The notes beneath the pieces are model-generated. The model saw only the letters and a program-made list of their open reading frames with translations. It did not search any database and was not told the origin of the DNA. A stretch of 62,570 nucleotides of DNA, filler included, from a bacterium (GTDB lineage Bacteria; UBP15; UBA6099; JAJRTR01): the NCBI GenBank assembly GCA_024278215.1. It is 7 parts of 7 records of this genome, joined end to end, with 100 filler letters (N's around TTAATTAATTAA, not from the genome) between each part and the next. Parts side by side here need not be neighbours in the genome. Positions count along the whole stretch, not along the records: positions 28,573 to 43,065 come from JAJRTR010000094.1; 6 more parts are not named here. One strand, given 5' to 3'. A program made the translations under genes and the position numbers. Below are positions 29,455-39,124 of the stretch, in pieces (position 1 is the first letter of the stretch; each line of letters begins with the position of its first letter).

Positions 29455-30510
29455 TCACATAATACCGTGCAGGGCTTCCTGAATGAAATCTTCGACGGTG
29501 AACCCGCCGCCGCGCGCTCCGATCTCTTCGTTGATGCGGTCGAGCACATGTTGCGCTCTGTCGCGTGCCGCCGGGTTTTCGAGGTCTGCTACGCGCCGCA
29601 ACATCCCCAGCCGCGCCCCGACCTGGAACAATTGCTTTTCTTCGTCCGGCAGCGCCAGAAACCGGTCGATCACATCGAGCATATTTTGTTTGTCTTCAGG
29701 CAGTTTGCCTTCTACCTCCTGAAGCAGGTTCAACATGTGGTCGCTGACGATATGGCTTGTTATGCCGTCTAGCGTCCGGATGAAAAGGCGAAGTTCCGCG
29801 ACAGTTTCAAAATCACTGAGCGGCTGGAATTCGCCGCGCGTCATCTTATCGTGCAGCGGTGTGTCCGGCCGCACGCTGGTCGAGCGTATGCGGATGTAGT
29901 CCGGGTTGATCCTGTTGAGAACGCGCGCGGTTTCGACGGCATGCCCTTCAGTCATTGCCCTGCCGCCGAGGCCCGGCATGACGTATTCGCTGAGCGAAAG
30001 GCCCGCCTCTTTCACTTTCCGCCCCGCCTCGATCTGTTGCTCGGGAGTGACGCCTTTGCGCACATAATCGAGCAGCGGGCCGTAGCCGGTTTCGAGTCCG
30101 ACATGCACCCGCGACAGCCCGGCGTCCTTCAGTCGGCGCAGTTCGGCCACTGTTTTTTTCGCAAGTGTCGGGTTGCGCCCGTAAGTGGTTATCCGATCGA
30201 TATTCGGAAACTTCTGTTTCAGATAGGTGATTATCTCGACGAGATCATCTGTTTTCACGATCATCGCGTTGGCATCCTGGAGAAACGCGCGGCTGACGGA
30301 AGCGGCGCGCGCGCCGTAGAAGTCGGCGGCTTTGTCGATGTCGCCCAGAACTTCCTCGACGGATTTCTTTTCAAACTTCGCGCCTTTGTACACCATGTAG
30401 AACTCGCATTTATTCCACGGACAATTTCGGTTCACTCTTATCAGCAGGCTGCCCGCTTCGCTCGGCGGCCTGATCGGGCCGATGTCGTAAGCATCTACAA
30501 ACATAATCAT
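29455..30510 (-). CDS. Radical SAM family protein with degenerate cluster motif
   Basis: GPIRPPSEA, NCPWNKCEFY, AFLQDAN, HVGLETG, SDHMLNLL; ATG after GAGGAG. Confidence 0.88.
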   Translation of the reverse strand: MIMFVDAYDIGPIRPPSEAGSLLIRVNRNCPWNKCEFYMVYKGAKFEKKSVEEVLGDIDKAADFYGARAASVSRAFLQDANAMIVKTDDLVEIITYLKQKFPNIDRITTYGRNPTLAKKTVAELRRLKDAGLSRVHVGLETGYGPLLDYVRKGVTPEQQIEAGRKVKEAGLSLSEYVMPGLGGRAMTEGHAVETARVLNRINPDYIRIRSTSVRPDTPLHDKMTRGEFQPLSDFETVAELRLFIRTLDGITSHIVSDHMLNLLQEVEGKLPEDKQNMLDVIDRFLALPDEEKQLFQVGARLGMLRRVADLENPAARDRAQHVLDRINEEIGARGGGFTVEDFIQEALHGIM

Positions 30511-30640
30511 TACTCCTCGATCTTTCGCGGCGTCTGAATCACGCAACCTTTTATGCCGTGCCGCATCCTGCTATATTATAATGCGTGTTGCGCGAAGCGT
30601 CGGTTTTGCAGCGGGAACGCGCAATTGCGAAGATACGGGA

Positions 30641-31150
30641 ATGGGAGATGTGATAATGACGATATTGTATATTGCGGTGGCGATTGTTGCAGTTGCGGCG
30701 ACAGTGTTCCTGTTGAGAAAAAACGCGGCGAACAAACCGTTGCCACCCTTCGAGGGCGAAGTGAAGCCGGAAGAGATCGTGGTGATGGGCGAGGGTTCCG
30801 AGGCCAACGGGCTCTGCATGATATTCGGCAATATGTTCACGCAGACATTGAAGAATAAGCCTTATAAATTCGATAAGGTGCGCGGCATGAACACGAGCAT
30901 CAGCATCGAAGATATAAAAACGAACACGGCAGCCGTCACAATGGTTTTCAAGGACGACAGGATCACGCTGCTCGGCGGCGTGGTCGGCAAACCGAAGATT
31001 TACATAGGCACGGACCCGCAGACGCTCATGTCCCTTTCGAGTATGGAGAAAAAAGAAATCCTTAAAAAAGTATTAAGCAGGGAACTCAAACTCAGGGGCC
31101 TCATCGCCAACTTCGACGACTTCAAGAAATTCAGTTCGCTGATGGGGTGA
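30641..31150 (+). CDS. Membrane-anchored protein, possibly with an SCP2-like domain
   Basis: N-terminal TM helix; C-terminal ...LSRELKLRG resembling SCP2. Confidence 0.55.
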   Translation: MGDVIMTILYIAVAIVAVAATVFLLRKNAANKPLPPFEGEVKPEEIVVMGEGSEANGLCMIFGNMFTQTLKNKPYKFDKVRGMNTSISIEDIKTNTAAVTMVFKDDRITLLGGVVGKPKIYIGTDPQTLMSLSSMEKKEILKKVLSRELKLRGLIANFDDFKKFSSLMG

Positions 31151-31165
31151 TAACAGACCACGCGG

Positions 31166-32356
31166 CTACTTCAACTTCACCGTTGCAAGCGCCTGTTCGA
31201 GATCGGCGATAATATCGTCCGCGTCCTCGACTCCTACAGCCAGTCTGCAAAGCGTGTCCCTTACGCCAAGCGCGTAGCGCTGTTTCCGCGTCATATCATA
31301 ATATGTGATGGTCGCCGGGTGGCTGATCAGGCTTTCCGTACCGCCGAGACTCGGCCCCATCAGTATGAGCTTCAGGTTGCGCAGGAATGTTTGTGTGTTC
31401 CTTAAATTACCCTTGAGCTCGAACGCGAAGCAGCCGCTGAGGCCGTCCATCTGCTCTTTTGCGATCTTGTAGCTCGGGTGATCCGGAAGTCCCGGATGCC
31501 ATACTTTGTCGATTTTCGGATGTTTTACAAGCCATTTCGCGATCTTTAGAGCGCTGTCGTTCTGGTGTCTGATCCGCAGGGCGAAGGTTTTTAGTCCACG
31601 GATTATGAGATAAGCGGCGTGCGGGTCGATATTGCCGCCGAGAGTTTTCAGGAAAGCTTTTATTTTAGCGATATTTTCCGCCGAACCAAGCACCACTCCG
31701 CCGAGCACGTCGTTGTGCCCTGCGAGATATTTTGTCGCGCTGTGAATTACGAGGTCGACGCCAAATTCGAGCGGCCTCTGGTTATACGGAGTCGCGAACG
31801 TGCTGTCGATTATCACGGGGATACCGGCTTTCTTCGCGGCTTTAACAAGCTTTTTCAGATCGACGACGAACATGTAAGGGTTGGTAGGCGATTCGGTGAA
31901 TATCAGCGCTGTCTCGGGGCGTATCGCCGCCGTTATCTCGTCGGCGGTCGGCGCGACCATCGTGCTTTCGATACCAAAACGCTTGAGGTCGTCCTTGATG
32001 AATTGCAGTGTTTTTTTGTAAACATCGCTCGTAAAAACGACATGATCGCCGGTCTTGAGGAAGCACAGGAGCGTGGTCGTGATGGCGTTCATGCCCGACG
32101 CGAAAAGCAGCGCGGCTTCCGCGCCGTCGAGTGCCGCGAGTTTCTTTTCGGCAACATCGACCGTCGGGTTGCCGTACCTGAGATATTCGTACCTGTATTT
32201 TTTTCCGCTCGTGTAATCTTTTATATCCTTCGCGTCGTGGAAAACATAAGTCGATGTCTGCACGATCGGGGTTGTCACACTGTCGGCATATTTCTTTCGC
32301 GCTTCGCCCGCGTGAACAGCCAGTGTCGAAAATCCGGGTTTCTTATTTTTTTTCAT
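31166..32356 (-). CDS. Cys/Met metabolism PLP enzyme (cystathionine gamma-synthase/lyase family)
   Basis: TPIVQTSTY, YLRYGNPT, ESPTNP, HSATKYLAGHND, SLGGTESL, RLAVGVED. Confidence 0.93.
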   Translation of the reverse strand: MKKNKKPGFSTLAVHAGEARKKYADSVTTPIVQTSTYVFHDAKDIKDYTSGKKYRYEYLRYGNPTVDVAEKKLAALDGAEAALLFASGMNAITTTLLCFLKTGDHVVFTSDVYKKTLQFIKDDLKRFGIESTMVAPTADEITAAIRPETALIFTESPTNPYMFVVDLKKLVKAAKKAGIPVIIDSTFATPYNQRPLEFGVDLVIHSATKYLAGHNDVLGGVVLGSAENIAKIKAFLKTLGGNIDPHAAYLIIRGLKTFALRIRHQNDSALKIAKWLVKHPKIDKVWHPGLPDHPSYKIAKEQMDGLSGCFAFELKGNLRNTQTFLRNLKLILMGPSLGGTESLISHPATITYYDMTRKQRYALGVRDTLCRLAVGVEDADDIIADLEQALATVKLK

Positions 32357-32575
32357 TTAACGTCCGCCTTTCACAGCTTTACGCAGTTTTGAAATGTGTC
32401 CTTTTCAACACATTATAATATGCCAGTGTTCCATATATAACGAAATTACTCAAGTATACAGGACAACTAAATTAAGTGTAACTTACGGGCTTCCAAAATT
32501 CAATTGGCTGCAATAGCACGACACCGGCTGAATCTGTTGTTATAATGTATCCCAGAAAAAACAGGGAAGGTAGAT

Positions 32576-32773
32576 ATGGACGGAAATATCAAGAACAGGA
32601 ACAACAGGCGGGTCGAGCTTACTTTCAGCGTGCTCGACGCAATGGAAGAGTTGCGGGATGTGTGGCGAAGCACGGCACCGCTCATGGAACTGGACGCCGC
32701 GGCGCTGGCGAAAGTGGAGAAGCAGATCGGAAAAGCCCGCAAGGCGCTTGACGGATTGGAGAAAACGCTTTGA
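32576..32773 (+). CDS. Small helical partner of SepCysS (SepCysSn/SepCysE N-terminal-like)
   Basis: ATG after GGAAGG; TTGA overlap with the SepCysS start; LDAMEELRDVWRSTAP motif. Family call is from recollection and gene context. Confidence 0.65.
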   Translation: MDGNIKNRNNRRVELTFSVLDAMEELRDVWRSTAPLMELDAAALAKVEKQIGKARKALDGLEKTL

Positions 32774-33888
32774 TTCAGGACAGGTACAGGGAAGAGCTAA
32801 CGATAAATCTGAACCCGTTGCAGTCGGCGGGCAGGACAAACGCCGAAGTGCGCAAGGCAGTTATGCGCTATGTCGACGGCTACTCGGTGTGCGATGCCTG
32901 CAACGGTGTGCTGCACGCCATCGAGAAGCCGGATATATGTAATCTTGTCAAAGATTTATGCGAATTTCTGAACGTCGACGACGCGAAAACGACCGCCGGC
33001 GCGCGTGAGGCGAAGTTCGCCGTGATGCACTCCGAGTGCAAGCCCGGCGACACGATAGTTGTCGACTCGAACGCCCACTATACAACATTCGTCGCCGCGG
33101 CGAGAGCAAAATTGCCGGTCGTGGAAGTGCCGGCGACAGAGGCTCCGGAACATTTGATCAAACCCGAAGCTTATGCTCAAACTATAGATGAAGTGAAAAA
33201 GGAAAACGGGAAACCGCCCGCTCTGGCGCTTCTTACACATGTAGACGGCGAATACGGCAACCTGACCGATGCCGCGGCCATCGCGACCGTATGCCACGAC
33301 GCGGGAGTGCCCCTGCTGCTCAATACGGCCTACACGACAGGCCGCATGACGGTGGACGCGCGCGAGCTGGGCGTGGATTTCGTCGCCTGCTCGTGCCACA
33401 AAAGCTGGGGCGCGTGCGGCCCTATCGGTGTGCTGGGTGCTGTGGGCGAGAAAGCCGAACACCTGTTCCGCGTCCACGAACGTTTCCCTAAAAAAAACAC
33501 CGAACTGCTCGGCTGCACAGCGCGCGGCTCGAACATTATGAGCCTCATGGCCGCCCTGCCCTACGTGCGCGAACGTGTAAAAAAATGGGATGCCGAACTC
33601 GCCAATGCGCGCTGGTTCGCTGAAAAAATGGAATCGCTCGGGGGCATAAAACTGCTCGGCGACAATCCGACGAATCACGATCTGATGCGGTTCGAAACCC
33701 CGAAGTTCTTTGAGATAGGACAGAAGAACAGGAAGCGAGGCTACTTTCTGCACAAGGAACTGACAAAACGCGGCATCTCCGGCCTGAAGCCCGGCCAGAC
33801 AAAGTGGTTCAAAGTCAGCACTTATGGGCTCTCGAAATCGCAACTTGAATACGTCGCCGACGCCTTCGCCAAAATCGCTGACATGTGA
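32770..33888 (+). CDS. pscS: O-phospho-L-seryl-tRNA:Cys-tRNA synthase (SepCysS)
   Basis: INLNPLQ, DGYSVCDAC, GAREAKFAVMH, NAHYTT, THVDGEYGNL, SCHKSW (PLP Lys), ELLGCTARG, RGYFL. Confidence 0.92.
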   Translation: MIQDRYREELTINLNPLQSAGRTNAEVRKAVMRYVDGYSVCDACNGVLHAIEKPDICNLVKDLCEFLNVDDAKTTAGAREAKFAVMHSECKPGDTIVVDSNAHYTTFVAAARAKLPVVEVPATEAPEHLIKPEAYAQTIDEVKKENGKPPALALLTHVDGEYGNLTDAAAIATVCHDAGVPLLLNTAYTTGRMTVDARELGVDFVACSCHKSWGACGPIGVLGAVGEKAEHLFRVHERFPKKNTELLGCTARGSNIMSLMAALPYVRERVKKWDAELANARWFAEKMESLGGIKLLGDNPTNHDLMRFETPKFFEIGQKNRKRGYFLHKELTKRGISGLKPGQTKWFKVSTYGLSKSQLEYVADAFAKIADM

Positions 33889-33976
33889 TCCGGGGCACTT
33901 ACGGTGATTCGGAGTTATGGATGGCAGGAACGAGGGGATATTCCCATCGGCCCGCACGGAAATGTCACTTATTCGG

Positions 33977-34001
33977 CGTTCCGGGGCTCCGCCCCGGAAC
34001 G
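33977..34001. repeat. Perfect GC-rich hairpin between convergent genes
   Basis: CGTTCCGGGGC-TCC-GCCCCGGAACG, an 11-bp stem. Confidence 0.6.
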
Positions 34002-34070
34002 ATGAAAAACCGGTGTGGACGAGTGTGAGTGCTATGACTGTGGGAACGAGGAAACTTTATCGTCCGAGAG

Positions 34071-35060
34071 TCATATATTGTATTCCGATTTGAACCAGTC
34101 GATGTACTCGTGGAGCCCCTGTGGAAATCTATATGTCGGTTCGTAGCCGAGAAGTTTTTTCGCGCGGCTCACGTCGAATGAAAGCGAGTTGCCGACGCAT
34201 GCGACACCCATCTTTGTGAGTACGGGGCCTTTCTCCGAACCGATAGCCCGGAAAAATTTTTCGGAAACACTGCCAACAGCTTTAGCGACAACATAAGGAA
34301 TGCTCATGAACGGTTTTTTAATTGAGAGCTCGTCGCAGAGGGTTTCGACGACCTCGCGCACGGTAGTGTCGCTGTCGTCGGTGGCGATGAATGCTTTGCC
34401 GACGGCTTCCCCGCACTCTGCGGCGCGGACAATAATGTCGCATACGTTTTTCACGTGCGCGAGACCGGCTATGTGATTACCACCGTTTACATAGATGAAC
34501 ATCCGGGATTTACACATAAAAATCATTTTAGTCATGAAGGCCCGGTCGCGCGGTCCCCACACCATGCACGGTCTGATAGTCGACGCCTGGATGCGTCCCT
34601 CGGCGTGCGCCTGCCACACGAGCTTTTCCGCTTCCATCTTCGTGTCGCTGTAGAGGATGCCCGTCTTCACATAAGGGAGTTCTTCCGTATCTTTGTCGAA
34701 ACCCTCGTAGCCGTGAACCGATGTGGAACTGACATCGATGAACCGCTCGACCCTGTTCGCCGCCGCCGCTTCTATCGCGTTTTCCATTCCTTTTACATTG
34801 ATGTCGTAGAAGTCCTGCGGCCTACCCCATTCACCCACGAGTGCGGCAACGTGAAAAATCGCTTCGACTCCTTTTGTCGCTTTCTTCATGGAATCCACGT
34901 CTCGAACGTCGCCGGTTATATATTCAAGGTCGAGATTCTCGATGTCTTTCTTATTGCTCGTCTCGCGCACCAGCGCACGAACTTCCCAGTCATTCTCCAG
35001 CAGCATCTCCGCAAGATGCGACCCTATAAACCCTGTCGGTCCCGTAACAAGTGCTTTCAT
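34071..35060 (-). CDS. NAD-dependent epimerase/dehydratase (3beta-HSD-like extended SDR)
   Basis: VTGPTGFIG, HVAA, YSDTK, RPCMVWGPRD. Confidence 0.92.
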   Translation of the reverse strand: MKALVTGPTGFIGSHLAEMLLENDWEVRALVRETSNKKDIENLDLEYITGDVRDVDSMKKATKGVEAIFHVAALVGEWGRPQDFYDINVKGMENAIEAAAANRVERFIDVSSTSVHGYEGFDKDTEELPYVKTGILYSDTKMEAEKLVWQAHAEGRIQASTIRPCMVWGPRDRAFMTKMIFMCKSRMFIYVNGGNHIAGLAHVKNVCDIIVRAAECGEAVGKAFIATDDSDTTVREVVETLCDELSIKKPFMSIPYVVAKAVGSVSEKFFRAIGSEKGPVLTKMGVACVGNSLSFDVSRAKKLLGYEPTYRFPQGLHEYIDWFKSEYNI

Positions 35061-35072
35061 TTCGACCTCACC

Positions 35073-35594
35073 TTATACCCGATCCACGCGCGCGTCCAGA
35101 AAATAGCGGTTATAAATATTTGCAAGCGCGAAAAACGACGCTTCGATAACACTCTCTGAGCCGACTTCGGAGAAATACAACCGGCCGGTTTTATTCGTTG
35201 CGAGTATGAAGACTTCGACTTCCGACGAAGTGCCCGCCCTGTCGGATGTCGTCGCAACCGTATACCTTACCAGCCTGACATCATTTATAAAAGGATATAT
35301 CGGTACGAGGAGTTTTCTCAAAGCCTTGTCCAGCGCGTCCACGACACCGTCGCCGCTCGACGACGCATACAGCGACACAAACTTATCGTCTCCCGGCTGA
35401 TACTCCGCGTAATATCTCTTTTCGATCCTGCCTTCGGCGTTTTCCGCCGGCACCCTTATCTTTATCGAGGCCTCGTTCTCTTCCTTCGCCTCCTCCGCGC
35501 TCTTGAACGCGGATACGCGATAGCGCTCCATCTTGAAAAAACTGCGTCTGAAATATTTCTTGTCGTGTTTCACAAACAACTCCCGCATATCCAT
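35073..35594 (-). CDS. Stand-alone LeuA/CimA-type allosteric regulatory domain protein
   Basis: EASIKIRV, GDGVVDALDKALRKLL..YP, VRLVRYTV, GTSSEVEV, SVIEAS. Confidence 0.75.
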   Translation of the reverse strand: MDMRELFVKHDKKYFRRSFFKMERYRVSAFKSAEEAKEENEASIKIRVPAENAEGRIEKRYYAEYQPGDDKFVSLYASSSGDGVVDALDKALRKLLVPIYPFINDVRLVRYTVATTSDRAGTSSEVEVFILATNKTGRLYFSEVGSESVIEASFFALANIYNRYFLDARVDRV

Positions 35595-35723
35595 TTTCTG
35601 CCGGTAAAAAGCTTAAAACATTATACCTGATCATTGCAAATGGCAACAGTAAACACGCCTTTGCGGATACAACGGAAGTTTATTCTGTTTTTTTTAAGAA
35701 TCCGATTATAATTGATGTAACTT

Positions 35724-36734
35724 ATGAAAAAAGTCGTGTCGGTTTCCAGGAGAACGGATGTGCCCGCATTCTATGGCGAGTGGTTCATGAACCGCGTGCG
35801 TGCGGGTGAGGCGGGCTATGTGAATCCTTACGGCGGCAGGAAATGCGCTGTGAGCCTGCGGCCTGAAGATACCGGGTTTTTCGTTTTCTGGTCGAAAAAC
35901 TTCCGACCCTTCCTGAAATATCTCGACGAACTCGACGACATGGGATTCGCATTTTATTTTCAATTCACGATCACCGGCCATCCTGCGCTTTTCGAGGCAG
36001 ATGTGCCGCCATGGCGCGCGGCGGCGGAGACAGCGCGGGAACTCGCCACACGCTATTCGCCGGAACATGTGATATGGCGCTTCGATCCTATTATCTTTTC
36101 GTCGATCACACCGCCCGATTATGTTGAAACGGCTTTCGCATCCATCGCCGCGTCGGTGGCGGGCGCCACACGACGCTGTTTCATCAGCTATGTAGACTAC
36201 TACGGCAAAGTGCAGAAGAACTTCGAGTCGCTCGCCGCCGAAACAAATGTTGTGTTCAACGTCGACGCAGGGCTCGAGGAGAAAATGATCGCGAGATCAT
36301 CAGATAGCCGCGGCGCTTTCACATTCGATCTGACGAAAGAACAGCAGGTCGATTTCGCGTCGCGACTGGCGGCTATCGCAAATCAGTATGATATTCAGGT
36401 CTACTCGTGTTGCGAAGATTTTCTGACCGAATATGTAACGGCGATCCGAAAGGGACACTGCGTCGACGCCGGGCTTATCGCTCAACTGACGGACGGTGAA
36501 ATAGCCGGCCTGAAGCCGCGCCCGACACGCGAGGGATGCGGCTGCTACGAAAGCCGCGACATAGGCGCCTACGACACCTGCCCCCACGGCTGCGTCTACT
36601 GTTATGCGAATGTGAATAAGAGAATCTCCGCCGAAAAATACGCAGCTACACTTGCCGATTCGCATTCGTTCGCGCTCGGCAGGAGCAGCCCGAGAAATGA
36701 ATTCCCGGTTCTGAATGATCACCGGGACGTTTGA
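35724..36734 (+). CDS. DUF1848 family protein
   Basis: SVSRRTDVPAFY, FWSKN, WRFDPI, SRDIGAYDTCPHGCVYCYA. Confidence 0.92.
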   Translation: MKKVVSVSRRTDVPAFYGEWFMNRVRAGEAGYVNPYGGRKCAVSLRPEDTGFFVFWSKNFRPFLKYLDELDDMGFAFYFQFTITGHPALFEADVPPWRAAAETARELATRYSPEHVIWRFDPIIFSSITPPDYVETAFASIAASVAGATRRCFISYVDYYGKVQKNFESLAAETNVVFNVDAGLEEKMIARSSDSRGAFTFDLTKEQQVDFASRLAAIANQYDIQVYSCCEDFLTEYVTAIRKGHCVDAGLIAQLTDGEIAGLKPRPTREGCGCYESRDIGAYDTCPHGCVYCYANVNKRISAEKYAATLADSHSFALGRSSPRNEFPVLNDHRDV

Positions 36735-36793
36735 AAAAGAGAGAGCCCCGAAGTACAATGTCAGCACCTCGCGGAGGGGCGGAAACAGTTGAT

Positions 36794-37366
36794 ATGATAG
36801 AAATAAGATTTCACGGCAGGGGCGGCCAGGGTGCCGTTGTAGCGTCACGTGTGCTGGCGGAGGCCGCTTTCCTCGAGGGCCGCCATGTGCAATCGTTTCC
36901 CGCTTTCGGGCTCGAACGCAGGGGCGCGCCGGTGATGGCTTTTACACGTATTCAGGATTCGCCGATATACAACCATAGCCAGATATATGCACCGGACCTC
37001 GTTGTTGTGCTCGACGCTTCACTCATGGATATTGTCGATGTGACGGCGGGTCTGAAAAAGGACGGCCTGGTGCTCGTGAACTCGGCGACCGGCCCCGCCG
37101 ACATACCGGGGCTTGTGAGTCTCGCCGCTGCTGCTGTCAACGCAGGCGAAATAGCGACGGCCAACGGGCTCGGCAGCCGCACACATCCCATTGTCAATAC
37201 TTCCATACTCGGCGCTCTGGCAAGGGCTTCCGGCTATGTGAAACTGGAAAGTGTTGTCGGCGCGATCGAGAAAATCATCTCCATACGACCCGGGGCGAAT
37301 GTGAAGGCGTGCCGCGAGGCTTACGAAGCGGTGCGGATGAAAGAAGCATCGCTGAATACTATGTAG
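36794..37366 (+). CDS. 2-oxoacid:ferredoxin oxidoreductase gamma subunit
   Basis: [30 protein letters not shown]. Confidence 0.93.
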
Positions 37367-37408
37367 ATCGCGTCGGACTGAAACGAAAAAACAGAGGAAC
37401 GAATAAAA

Positions 37409-39124
37409 TTGACCGAGAAGAAAACACAGGAACCTCTCATCTACACGACACAGGATACGCTCGGCAACAAAACCGGTTCATGGCGGTACATGAGGCCGGT
37501 TTTCGAGACGAAAGCTGCGCCGTGCGCTGCGATATGCCCGGCGGGCAACCCGATTGTGTCTTTTATCACCTTCGCGAAGGAAGGCGATTTCGACTCCGCG
37601 CTCAGGATGATAAAACAGGAGAATCCACTGCCGTCCGTCTGTGGACGTGTGTGCCCGCATCCCTGCACCTCGGCGTGCAACCGGTATACGTACGATGGGT
37701 CAGTCGCGATAAATGAAATAGAAAGATTTTGCGGCGATTTCGCGGAACAGGCCGGTCCGGAAATACCCGAACGCGCAGGCGCGACAGGAAAGAAAATAGC
37801 TGTGGTCGGCGCGGGACCTGCCGGGCTCAGTTGCGCGTATCAGGCTGCGCTGATGGGCCACGAAGTCACGATCCTGGAGGCGTCCAACCGCGCCGGCGGA
37901 CTGCTCACACAGGCTATCCCCGCATACCGGCTGCCTGCCGGGGTGGTGCGCCGCGATTTGTGTTTCATCGACATTCTTAACATTATATTACTTACAGGGA
38001 AAACCATCACAGCATCCGATATTGAAAAAATGGCGGCGGATTACGACGCTGTCGCTGTCGCCTGCGGTGCGCATAAAAGCTATCGTCTCGGTATCGAAGG
38101 CGAGGAGCTTGCGGGTGTCGTGCCGGGCCTCGAATTCCTGCGAAAAATGAGCGGGCGGGCCGCGCCCGCGCCGGGCGCGAAAACGGTAGTGATCGGCGGC
38201 GGCAACACGGCGATGGACGCCGCGCGAGCGGCTTTGCGGCTCGGCGCGGAGGTCACTGTTCTGTATCGCCGCACACGCGCGGAGATGCCGGCGTTCCCCG
38301 GTGAGATATTGGAAGCGGAGGAGGAAGGCATCGAATTCCGGTTCCTTTCCGCGCCGGTAAAGATCGAGACTTCCGGCAAAACAAAAAAGGTAATTTGCCG
38401 GGAAATGGAACTCGGCTCTGACGACGATTCCGGCAGGCCGCGCCCCGTGCCGGTCGAAGGCAGTGAGTTCGAGTTGGATGCAGATACGGTGATAACGGCG
38501 ATCGGTGAAACGGTAGCGCTCGACGCGCCGTTTTTCAGCCCGAATGAAAACCGGAGACAAATATCGAACGCGTGGGGCCGCACGACGAATGACAGAATTT
38601 TTATTTGCGGCGACGCCGGCCCGAACGACAGGACCGTAGCGCACGCAGTCGGCTCGGGGAAAAGGGCGGCGATAGCGATTGACGCTCAATTGAGCGGAAA
38701 AGATTTCGAGGCGGTAAAGCAGCGAATCACGTTGGGCGGCGGCGCGGTGTCGGCTGCGATTTATCGCAGCGGTGCGGAGGCTCCCGCGAAAGTGGTTGCT
38801 CCGCAGGCCGTCAATTTCGCTTACTTCATGAGAACAGCCCGGCTCGAAGCTGCCACGACCGCGCCGGACGAGAGAATTAAAGGGTTCGGCGAGATAGGCG
38901 CTACCGCCGCCGAAGATGCCGTGCGTGCTGAAGCGGCGCGTTGTTTCACTTGCGGCGTGTGCACTGAATGTGGCAACTGTTTCATGTTCTGCCCGGACAT
39001 GTCGATCATCACAGAACCGCGCAACGGTGTGCCCGCCACGGACACCGACTACTGCAAGGGCTGCGGGATATGCGCGCGCGAGTGCCCGCGCGGGATAATA
39101 GAAATGGAAGAGGAAAACAAATGA
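37409..39124 (+). CDS. GltD/NfnB-like FAD/NAD(P) oxidoreductase fused within a POR delta-type ferredoxin
   Basis: KTGSWR..RP, CGRVCPHPC, two Rossmann motifs, C-terminal CTECGNCFMFCPD and YCKGCGICARECP. Confidence 0.9.
   Translation: MTEKKTQEPLIYTTQDTLGNKTGSWRYMRPVFETKAAPCAAICPAGNPIVSFITFAKEGDFDSALRMIKQENPLPSVCGRVCPHPCTSACNRYTYDGSVAINEIERFCGDFAEQAGPEIPERAGATGKKIAVVGAGPAGLSCAYQAALMGHEVTILEASNRAGGLLTQAIPAYRLPAGVVRRDLCFIDILNIILLTGKTITASDIEKMAADYDAVAVACGAHKSYRLGIEGEELAGVVPGLEFLRKMSGRAAPAPGAKTVVIGGGNTAMDAARAALRLGAEVTVLYRRTRAEMPAFPGEILEAEEEGIEFRFLSAPVKIETSGKTKKVICREMELGSDDDSGRPRPVPVEGSEFELDADTVITAIGETVALDAPFFSPNENRRQISNAWGRTTNDRIFICGDAGPNDRTVAHAVGSGKRAAIAIDAQLSGKDFEAVKQRITLGGGAVSAAIYRSGAEAPAKVVAPQAVNFAYFMRTARLEAATTAPDERIKGFGEIGATAAEDAVRAEAARCFTCGVCTECGNCFMFCPDMSIITEPRNGVPATDTDYCKGCGICARECPRGIIEMEEENK

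Noticed and set aside
32758-32776. prfB-like CTT-TGA slippery site joining the small ORF to SepCysS
   Set aside because: A prfB-type +1 shift leads to the wrong frame, since SepCysS is -1. A GGAG RBS before TTG explains it as translational coupling.
33886-34005. Selenocysteine read-through of the SepCysS TGA
   Set aside because: The protein is already full length with all catalytic Cys, the hairpin is about 90 nt away, and the extension has no recognisable features.
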